Under the pieces are notes generated by a model. That model was not told the origin of the DNA. It made no database searches and saw only the letters and a program-made list of their open reading frames with translations. Positions 10,882-25,917 of a stretch of DNA of 64,000 nt are shown in pieces (the first letter of the stretch is position 1; every line of letters starts with the position of its first letter). The position numbers and the translations under genes are program-made. Location: the NCBI GenBank assembly GCA_040954595.2, contig CM082597.2, forward strand, positions 6,143,244-6,207,243, given 5' to 3'. This stretch comes from Balanoglossus misakiensis. Lineage: Eukaryota; Animalia; Hemichordata.

Positions 10882-13686
10882 ATGAAAAACAGTTTCTTCA
10901 TAGATCATGCAATTGATATTTATTTCACTTTACAGCTGCAAGTTTCTAATCACATCTCACAAGAGCTGGAAGATGCCCGACCCATCTCTTCAGACCTACA
11001 AGTTTCCAGACCTATCTCTCCAGAGCCACAAGTTTCCAGACCCATCTCTCCAGAGCTACAAGTTTCCAAACCCATCTCTCCAGAGTTACAAGTTTCCAGA
11101 CCCATCCCTCCAGAGCTACAAGTTTCCAGACCAATTTCTGCAGAGATACAAGTTTGTACACCCATCTCTTCAGAACGACAACTGCCACTTTCTATACCCA
11201 TCTCTCCAGAAATTAGGGGTGGATACACTGTAGAGGAAGCTCAAACAGCGCAACAGCAGCAAACTGGTAATACAGAACCAAACCAAACTGAAATTATACC
11301 AAACCACCTTCCTGAGCAGACAAGTGAGCAAAAAAGTCATGTGACAGAAGACAAACAACACAAATCTCAGCAATCCATAAGAGCGAGTAAAAGTAGACCA
11401 TATGTAGTATGTAGTACTAAATTATCAACACAGAAAAGAAAGTGGGACAAATATGCATATTGCTTATATTGCAACAAAAAGCAACAGAAACTAGTACGAC
11501 ATCTACAGCGAAAGCATGGAAATGAAAAAATGGTTGCGCAGGCTATGGCTCTACCACAACGACACGAAAGAAATAGATTGTGGTTAAGAATGAGGAATCT
11601 TGGTAACCATTCTCACAACAAGAAAGTGTACTGTGGACAGTCTGACGATTTCATCGTCCGCAAGAGGCCGAGGTTTGGCAGTAGACAATCCATGACAAAA
11701 TATTTAGCATGCTTCAGGTGCTATGGGTATTTTAGCATTAAATCATTGAAAATGCATGCTTGCCCAAATAAACCTGAAGAATCTACAAGTTCCCCTTCCC
11801 AACATGTAAAGAAAGGGAGAAGGTTACTTCCTTTCAAAGATGATGTATCGGGTAACCTTGCAGAAGTAATAAGCAGGATGAACCTTGACAGTATTGCTCT
11901 TGTTGTCAGAAATGATTCTGATATTTTGAAAGTGGGACAGAATGAACTTGACAAAAGCAACTCTTCGAAGAAAGAAGACCTTTGTCGCGAGAAAATGAGA
12001 ACACTTGCTAAAGTTTTGCTACAGGCAAGACAGCTTGATCGTAACATAGCTCATGCAGCTGATCTCGTGTCACCACGGTCGTTTCAAACTGATGTCAAAG
12101 TTGCACGAATGATGTCAGGCTATGATGATGCTACGCAAACACACAGGGCATATTCAACTGCCCTAAGGATTGGTTTTGCTCTTCGTGATCTAGCAATGGT
12201 TGTAAGAAGTGGTTATATCACTGATGAGTTGCACGAGCGGACCAGAGAGGTTGATGATTTCCTGAAATTGCGAGAAACAGATTGGAGTGTCAAGGTAACG
12301 GCATCAGCTCTACGGCAAGGTAAGAAGTTGAGCTGGGAGAAGCCAAAACTCATTCCTCTAACGGAAGACACTGTTGCATTCAACAGACATCTGAACAAGA
12401 AAGAGAAAGAAATCAAAGAGGAAATAAAAAGAACTGGACACATGACTGCTGATACATACAAACACTTATCTACTGTCACACTTGTGCAGGTGATACTGTT
12501 CAATAGAAGACGGCCAAGAGAAGTTGAAGAACTGCGCATCAGTGATTATGTCCATCAAGTAGCTGAGAAAAAGCCCATCCATGACGAAGTCTTCAAATCA
12601 TTAACTGTGTCTGAAAAATCAGCATTAGATGGCCTAACTTTAATCATGGTCAGAGGGAAACGGGGCAGAGGTGTACCTATTCTCTTTACAGAGAACACTG
12701 TGCAAAGTATGAAAATGGTCATAACATACTTGCAGGAGAAGATGCCACAGAGTGAATATGTCTTTACAAGAAGTACACCTGGTGCCAGTACTCCTATCAG
12801 AGCCTATGATGCTATCAGAAGGTTAGCGAATGAAGCTGGACTTAAGCACCCAGAAACTATCACAAGTACCAAATTGAGGAAACACCTGGCAACACTTTCT
12901 CAAATTCTTTGTCTAAAGAAACATCAGCTTGAGCAGTTGGCAAACCATATGGGTCATGATGTGGCCATACATCGAGAATATTATAGACTTCCCCAGGAAA
13001 CCATGCTACTAGCAAAAACAAGCAAACTGCTGTTTTTGGCAGCGGAGGGTAGACTACATGAGTTCCAGGGCAAATCACTTGATGATATTCACATTGATTC
13101 TCATGAGGCAGTTTCAATTGATGCTGATGAAGATGAGGAGTGTATGGAATCTGAAAACGAAGAAACAGTGTGCATGGAAAAGGGCAGTTCAGCAATCTCT
13201 ACACACAGAAAAAGGCAGAACTCGCATCAAGAAGATGATCCAGAAACTTACCCGCCCCTGCGAAAACAACAATGTACAACTTCAAGAGATGAAGACTTAC
13301 CAGTACAACAGTTACGAAGATATGTCAAGTGGACGAAAGAAGAGGTTGATTTTTTAATGAAACAACCCCAAATAATCAAACATATAAAGGCAAAATCAGC
13401 CCCTGGAAAGAAAACCTGTATGCAAGTCATTGAGTGCAGCAATGGTATGTTTGGTCATAAAAGTTGGACAGAAATAAAAAACAAAGTCCATAACATAAAT
13501 AACTGTGAAAAAAGTAAACTGAAAAGAATCCAAAACAAAAGAGCTGTCACCAAATCAGCAACCAAAGTCTGTCCAGCAAACCACCAGCGAGCTGTCACCA
13601 AATCAGCAACCAAAGTCTGTCCAGCAAATCACCAGCGAGCTGTCACCAAATCAGCAACCACAGTCTGCCCAGCAAACCACCAGTGA
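10882..13686 (+). CDS. Tyrosine recombinase (phage-integrase fold, Crypton-like) with Cys/His zinc-binding motifs and C-terminal Myb/SANT-like domain
   Basis: 934-codon intact frame; probable splice acceptor tttcactttacag| at 10935/10936 (phase 0). Catalytic-type motifs in integrase order: LFNRRRPREV (Arg, ~12511), VRGKRGR (Lys, ~12658), TSTKLRKH (HxxR position, Arg ~12877), LANHMGHD (His, ~12955), HREYY (Tyr, ~12976). N-terminal YCLYC...RHLQRKH and CFRC...HAC; C-terminal KWTKEEV...KSWTEIKNKVHN. Confidence 0.9.
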   Translation: MKNSFFIDHAIDIYFTLQLQVSNHISQELEDARPISSDLQVSRPISPEPQVSRPISPELQVSKPISPELQVSRPIPPELQVSRPISAEIQVCTPISSERQLPLSIPISPEIRGGYTVEEAQTAQQQQTGNTEPNQTEIIPNHLPEQTSEQKSHVTEDKQHKSQQSIRASKSRPYVVCSTKLSTQKRKWDKYAYCLYCNKKQQKLVRHLQRKHGNEKMVAQAMALPQRHERNRLWLRMRNLGNHSHNKKVYCGQSDDFIVRKRPRFGSRQSMTKYLACFRCYGYFSIKSLKMHACPNKPEESTSSPSQHVKKGRRLLPFKDDVSGNLAEVISRMNLDSIALVVRNDSDILKVGQNELDKSNSSKKEDLCREKMRTLAKVLLQARQLDRNIAHAADLVSPRSFQTDVKVARMMSGYDDATQTHRAYSTALRIGFALRDLAMVVRSGYITDELHERTREVDDFLKLRETDWSVKVTASALRQGKKLSWEKPKLIPLTEDTVAFNRHLNKKEKEIKEEIKRTGHMTADTYKHLSTVTLVQVILFNRRRPREVEELRISDYVHQVAEKKPIHDEVFKSLTVSEKSALDGLTLIMVRGKRGRGVPILFTENTVQSMKMVITYLQEKMPQSEYVFTRSTPGASTPIRAYDAIRRLANEAGLKHPETITSTKLRKHLATLSQILCLKKHQLEQLANHMGHDVAIHREYYRLPQETMLLAKTSKLLFLAAEGRLHEFQGKSLDDIHIDSHEAVSIDADEDEECMESENEETVCMEKGSSAISTHRKRQNSHQEDDPETYPPLRKQQCTTSRDEDLPVQQLRRYVKWTKEEVDFLMKQPQIIKHIKAKSAPGKKTCMQVIECSNGMFGHKSWTEIKNKVHNINNCEKSKLKRIQNKRAVTKSATKVCPANHQRAVTKSATKVCPANHQRAVTKSATTVCPANHQ
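10936..11170 (+). repeat. 30-bp coding tandem repeat (SRPISPELQV, ~7 copies) in the recombinase N-terminus
   Basis: Unit agtttccagacccatctctccagagctaca, in frame with the ORF. Confidence 0.9.
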
Positions 13687-14258
13687 GCTGTCACCAAATC
13701 AGCAACCACAGTCTGTCCAGCAAACAGCCAGTGAGATGTCACCAAATCAGCAACCACAGTCTGTCCAGCGAATCACCAGTGAGCTGTCACCAAATCAGCA
13801 ACCACAGTCTGCCCAGCAAACCACCAGTGAACTGTCACCAAATCAGCAACCACAGTCTGTCCAGCATATCACCAGTGAGCTGTCATCAAATCAGCAACCA
13901 AAGTCTGTCCAGCAAATCACCAGTGAGCTGTCACCAAATCAGCAACCAAAGTCTGTCCAGCAAACCACCAGTGAGCTGTCACCAAATCAGCAACCACAGT
14001 CTGTCCAGCAAACAGCCAGTGAGATGTCACCAAATCAGCAACCACAGTCTGTCCAGCGAATCACCAGTGAGCTGTCACCAAATCGGCAACCACAGTCTGT
14101 CCAGCAAATCACCAGTGAGCTGTCACCAAATCAGCAACCACAGTCTGTCCGGCATATCACCAGTGAGCTGTCACCAAATCAGCAACCACCGAGTGTCCAG
14201 CAAACAGCCAGTGAGCTGTCACCAAATCAGCAACCAGTCTGTCCAGCAAATCACCAGT
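13541..14258 (+). repeat. 48-bp minisatellite (~15 copies) overlapping the recombinase stop codon
   Basis: Unit gagctgtcaccaaatcagcaaccacagtctgtccagcaaatcaccag(c/t). The first three units are translated as RAVTKSATKVCPANHQ before TGA at 13684-13686. Confidence 0.97.
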
Positions 14259-15087
14259 CAGTGAGTTACGTACTTTGTTTTTTCTAAACTTGTGAAATAC
14301 AAATTGTAATGAAGAGCAATTAGGTTGAATCTGATAATTCCAGTAATAGACTGTTTGGTAAATTATATAGGTATTATGTAGGCTTGCCTCCCTGGCTTAT
14401 TTCACACAACAGTTGTATAATCTCCACAACAGGTTATCACTGATATAAGGTTTCAAACTAAGTGCTCTTCACTAGACTCTGTATTTAAAACGTCAAGATA
14501 ACATAATAATATTAGACTGCACAATGCTGATCTCCAATCATTCTTTTGTGTGTGATTTATTCGTTTTATAAACATTCACTCATTGTAGTCATTGGCATCT
14601 GGTATTTCCTTACCTTTCATCAATCAACATTTGTGTTGACAGTGTTCTTCAAATGAAAATAATAAGCAGATTATCAGAATGGTATTATCAGATTGGTATC
14701 ACTTCTTTATTACATGTATACTGCTTTATGTGAAGGGTAGGCTCGAGTATGACTATTTTAGAGTAAGTAATTGTGAAAGTCCATTACTACATGTGCTGAT
14801 TTAAGTTTTATGTTACCTTAGTATTGATAAAATTGATGTTGTCATGTGTCTATGGATCAGTGGAATAGAATGTCTTGGAAACTACACTATTCATAATATA
14901 TTGTCAAAACATGCAAATCGTGAAATAGTTCTTTCGGTCAGATGTCTGAAACTGCAATCACTGATCACAGTGTTTTCATATTAGGTACATGTACACATAT
15001 CATTTGGAAGTGTCTTCATGATGCTCTTCATTTTACTATTTGAAGCTCTGAGTAAATTAGAAACTGCAAAGTTTTTACCAGACAATA

Positions 15088-15240
15088 TATATTGTTTAAA
15101 AACTCGGTGTTTTGATAAACCTTTCAAGAACCCTGTTAGTCCCCGCGGACGAATGGTGTATCCATTGTTTGCATGTCTGTTCTTTTGCGATGCAATCCAA
15201 TATGGCCAGAAGGCAGCCATTTTGTGATGATTTTTTCATA
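15088..15240 (+). repeat. ~150-bp direct repeat, right copy (partner 9389-9541)
   Basis: Direct sequence match to 9389-9541. Confidence 0.9.
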
Positions 15241-15549
15241 TTTGGAGTTTTTGTTCATTGATACACAGTGTTTTCTCCATTTTATACTTTGGGGGGATTT
15301 TCGCCCCTTTACTTGAAATCAAGGGGGGGAAATATTTTATCAAGGGGCACCTTGTTTCATTTGCATATTCACGAATTGTGAATGAGGTAAATGAGAAATA
15401 GTTTTGAAAAGTAATATTAGTGGTTTTTATATAGTAATAAAGTACTTCAGACACATTATTTACCTTTCATCTCATTTATTTAGAGACAAAAACATGCTCA
15501 TTTTGACATGTCAAACTGGGATCATTTAGACAGTCATTTCTGGCTCCCA

Positions 15550-15868
15550 CCCTGGAAAATACGTCTAGTCTTTGCACTTTGCACTATTCCACAAGAGGAG
15601 GGCCCTCAACAAGTATAGTGAGCAGGCGATTTAAGGAATTCTCTTCCAATCCATTTCTGAGGGAAGTTTTGACCTTGTTTTGGGCCGAAAAACCCCTCTC
15701 ACAGATTGCAGTATTAACTGGCAGTACAACCAAATTTGGTACTGTGTGCTTATGATTAATAGTAATCAACTTCCACGGGTAAGTAAAATTGTCACAGGGA
15801 TATGCCTGTTGCATAACCAATGTTTTTAACAAAAACCACTCATGTCTGGTGTTCTCAGGGTTAATCAT
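15550..15868 (-). pseudogene. Degenerate hAT-family transposase fragment (C-terminal dimerisation domain)
   Basis: VVLPVNTAICERGFSAQNKVKTSLRNGLEENSLNRLLTILVEGPPL matches the hATC motif LPxxxAxCERxFSxxxxxKTxxRNxL. No intact upstream frame. Confidence 0.8.
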
Positions 15869-16459
15869 AGCATTGCATCAGTGTTGTCAATTATACAGCA
15901 AATAGTGCAGAACAATCAGCAAGTTTGCTGGGTAATCGACCTGATTGATGAGGGGAATAGGGCAGCACTTGTATGTTGCTGTAAATGTCTTGCAGGTTGA
16001 TAGAATGGGCGAGTGTGAGATAAAATATCCAAAACGATTGTGAGAATTCTCATCGCAGGTCTTTGGTGTGTGAGATTCTTTTTCTCACATGACCTAAAAT
16101 GCGGTATATTCACCCTAGAAACACAGAATCATTGTCAGACTGCATCAGTGGTTGTCCAACTTCGTGGTACATTTATTATTCTGTGTTTCTAAATATAATC
16201 ACAAATTTCTCCCCGTTCACACACGTACACTGCTCATGGACATGTTACACGTCAACAAAAGTGATCTTTTTGTCAATGTTCAATTTTATGGAAAATTCTG
16301 TCGTTCTTGTGTCTTTCACCAGGGAGAAATGACATTTCCGAAGTCATCATGACACTGTTGTCTGCTACTGTACTGAGACCTAATAAATTTATAGTTCTGG
16401 TCCTACAGAGCACCTATCCAACCCTGCCTGTGGCCAGAAATGTGAGAAAAACTGCTTTT

Positions 16460-17725
16460 CCTCTGTTTAATTTCACCACCATGGAGTTAAAGAATTCCAT
16501 TGTTTTATTTATGGTTTGATCTCTCCAGAGAAAACAGACAGAGGTCTGTTTTTGTATTGTCATGCTACAAATTCCTGTTGTTGAGGTGATGATCTGATCG
16601 AGTAAAACAAGTATAACCTGTTGACTTTAATATGAAAACATACTATTAAATAGAGACTTTCCAATGTAAATGGCCAGTGAAGTGGAGACATATGTATGTA
16701 CTCGCAATATATGGTGGGGAGTTTAAAATGAAAACATCTTTTTAAAAGGGGACATATTTTTTACACCATGTGTTTGGGGGACTTTAATCTGAATACACAA
16801 TGAAGAGTGGGGACATGCAAAAACTATGTTAGGTAATCAACCAGATTTGTGAGGGGAATACGGCAGCACCTGTATGTTGCTGTAAATGTCTTGCAGATCT
16901 GCTGTTCCTTTGTTTAATTTCACAACCATGGAGTCAACAATTCCATTTTTTCCATGGCAAAGTTAAATGGCCTCGCCAGAGAAAACAGGTCTGTTCTTTG
17001 CAGTGCCATGCTACAAAACAAATTCCTATCATTAAGGTGATGATCTGATCGAGTAAAACAAGTATAACCTGTTGACTTTAATATGAAAACATACTATTGA
17101 ATAGAGACTTTCCAATGTAAATGGCCAGTGAAGTGGAGACATATGTATGTACTCGCAATATATGATGGGGAGTTTAAAATGAAAACATCTTTTTAAAAGG
17201 GGACATGTTTTTTACACCATGTGTTTGGGGGACTTTAATCTGAATACACAATGAAGAGTGGGGACATGCAAAAACTGTTAGGTAATCAACCAGATTTGTG
17301 AGGGGAATACGGCAGCACTTGTATGTTGCTGTAAATGTCTTGCAGATCTGCTGTTCCTTTGTTTAATTTCACAACCATGGAGTCAACAATTCCATTTTTT
17401 CCATGGCAAAGTTAAATGGCCTCGCCAGAGAAAACAGGTCTGTTCTTTGCAGTGTCATGCTACAAAACAAATTCCTATCATTAAGGTGATGATCTGATCG
17501 AGTAAAACAAGTATAACCTGTTGACTTTAATATGAAAACATACTATTAAATAGAGACTTTCTAATGTAAATGGCCAGTAAAGTGGAGACATATGTATGTA
17601 CTCGCAATATATGATGGGGAGTTTAAAATGAAAACATCTTTTTAAAAGGGGACATATTTTTTACACGATGTGTTTGGGGGACTTTAATCTGAATACACAA
17701 TGAAGAGTGGGGACATGCAAAAACT
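16460..17725. repeat. ~450-bp tandem repeat, ~2.7 copies, rich in GG(G/A)GAC motifs
   Basis: gatctgatcgagtaaaacaagtataacctg at 16591, 17042 and 17491 (spacing 451 and 449). Confidence 0.95.
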
Positions 17726-18680
17726 TGGTGTCACAAGATTTCTTAATATTTTGACACTTAGTAGTTTGCTGTGGGATTATTTTATTATGTGAAGTCACTT
17801 TAAACAATTTTATGAAACCAGTTTTCAAGTTTATGTAGTATTGCATACCACCTTAATGGTTAAACGACTGTAAAATTGCTCTGCTTTCTTCAGGAGCAGC
17901 CGAGTACTGGGCTTTAAAAATGAGCATTTATCATTGCAAAATATGTTTGGATGATTATGAATATGAATATGAAGTAACTTTAGGTCCAGAGGGTAACTCC
18001 AAAGCTGTTCATAATTAGCCCTCCAGCTGAAAAAGGTACTCTCTAGCTCTAAAACCTCAAATTTTACCCTCTCCCCACACCATTTTAACTACTCCCCCCT
18101 CCTGCGGCGTACAGATTTTGTCAACGCCCCTGCCCTGAAAAAGTGCTATTTTTTCCTCCCTGTAAAATCGTTTTGATGATTGTTTTCCCTTTGAACGCGT
18201 TCAATGTTCCCACAAACTTACTGCTGCCTGCAAAATAGGCTATGGCCCGTCCTTCCATTGTTTCTCACCATTGGTAATCAAGTGATTTCTACCCTCCTAA
18301 AAAAATGTTGCCTGCAAATTAAAAACACATGTCGCCCTGCCCGGGAGATAATTTTGAAAAATTCCCGTCCTTAAATAAAATATGAATAGCTTTTCCAATG
18401 AATAACTCTGTTTGCTGCACCTGTGTCTTTCTTTTCTGTGTGCTTTATTTTCTGTATGTTTATGGCATGTATTTTGTGAATTCAAAATGAGAACACACTA
18501 TTACATGGAGACATATGTATACTTTGTTAAACTGGGGAACTAAGTAGGGAAATAAAATATGAAAACATCAATTAATTCGAGGAATTAAAAATTGGTACCC
18601 TTATAACCTCTGAGATCCATATTGGTCCCACTTTCTATTCACTTATATGTGTGAAGAGCCGGTCCCTAAAATGCTGACAA

Positions 18681-19027
18681 TGTATGTATGTATGTATGTA
18701 TGTATGTATGTATGTATGTATGTATGTATGTGTTTTTATTGCAAGATTGTGTACCTACCTATATCCTAGCTGACGACACACAACAATTGCATCGGTATTG
18801 CCGAAGCTGTCATCACAGACTGTTCCCCACTGATTATTGTGGTATATTTCTACTCGGCCTTCAGACGAGTGCGAGCCATCTACCAATCGAATATGACCTT
18901 CGCCTGTATAAATGACAATTTATATTGCTACATAACACACGATTTTAAAACAACAATGTGTATCAAATTGAAAATGTTTACAGAATTCTTTGAATAATGC
19001 ACCGGCTACAAATTGAATGTAAAATTT
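18681..19027 (-). repeat. (TATG)n microsatellite plus ~300-bp segment duplicated at 24105-24403
   Basis: tgtttttattgcaagattgtgtacctacc...caaattgaatgtaaaattt is almost identical in both places. On the minus strand it reads AATAAA followed by a (CATA)n tail, like a retroelement 3' end or a duplicated 3' UTR. Confidence 0.9.
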
Positions 19028-19763
19028 GACCGACGTCAAAGTTGTCAAATCGTGCGCGAGACATGGGCAGACGACAATATCTGCACGTACACGGTACAGC
19101 CTTACAGTATTAGGATGCAGTCTCTCAGACCAAACGATGATAACATTCATGATTATTTAACTATTATTTTTGTAATTATTTTAATCGCTGCGTCATTTTT
19201 CATCGGCCAACACTGTATTTGGAGGTCATCAGTTTTCGCCAAAAATGTGGAAACCCACTACATTTCCGTTGGACTGCAACACCGGCAGAACGGGTCAAGT
19301 TGGCGAAATATGTCCGAAAGCCAGTGCGGCAGGCATTTAAAAAGTTGGGTGCACACAATACATCCCGTTTCTGTGAAAATGTTGTAAGCATAGCACCATC
19401 AAAGAGAGAATTCACCAAATTCTACGATGACATTCGTTGTGTGAAGGTAAGTGAAAGATTTGCTTTGTTTATGGGCCGAGGGCGCTCAAAATGTAAACAA
19501 CAGCTGTGTGCCATTTGACCTCTGATCTTTAGGGGAAAGGACGTCGAGAAGCTTTCTTCTTCCGTAGTACACTTGCGAACGGGAAATCACGAAACCTAAT
19601 AGGTTTTGTCCCTTGTGATCTTTTTTTTTTGAGGGGGGGGGGCGTTCTATTTCCGTCCACTCTACACGTACATGACGTACGCTACGTCTGCTTATCACGT
19701 GACAATGACGCTACGCGTACTGATCGAACGTATTTACGTGTAACTAAACCTCTCTAGTGTCTA

Positions 19764-25453
<5,690 letters not shown>

Positions 25454-25917
25454 CTTGCTCGATAGCTTGAGAACTAAGTGCCCCAAAGTTAAATAATATT
25501 GACTTAATATTGGCTCTTAAGTTCGACGTTAAAGCTCCCCAAGTGTGTAGAATTTAGCCGAAATGAGGTTGAGAAGGGTCGGATTCTCCTTTAAGAACCG
25601 AAACTGACAATATTTCGTGAATATTGAATTAGCCGAAAATGCCCGAAATGGGTCAGGGGATTATGTATTATGTATTCGGAGTTATCTTTCGAGAAATGAT
25701 AATCACTTTGTAAAAGCTGATCCACATCTCTCAGCTGTTTTTGGGTTGGAATCACCGTCACTATTGCCGTCGTTGTCGTGGAAATCGCCATCATGTTTCC
25801 TTGTTTCAGACATTTACTAGCATTCTTGGCCTTAATATTTGGCATATACCTGTCAGATCGTTGTCCCTTTCTTTAATATTGCGGTCACTTCTTCGCAGAG
25901 TTGAAACATATGTACGA

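Noticed and set aside
10882-13686. Interpretation as prophage, bacterial contamination or DIRS retrotransposon
   Set aside because: No phage genes or operon structure, eukaryote-type Myb-like tail and splice acceptor, contiguous with spliced animal genes, and no RT/RNase H motifs seen.
13683-14287. 193-aa and 183-aa ORFs after the recombinase
   Set aside because: They are alternative frames of the 48-bp minisatellite, with no evidence of independent genes.
19013-19750. Short ORFs, a gtaagt donor at ~19447 and a CpG/CACGTG-rich patch
   Set aside because: No recognisable domain or matching acceptor; could be a repeat or promoter but cannot be supported.
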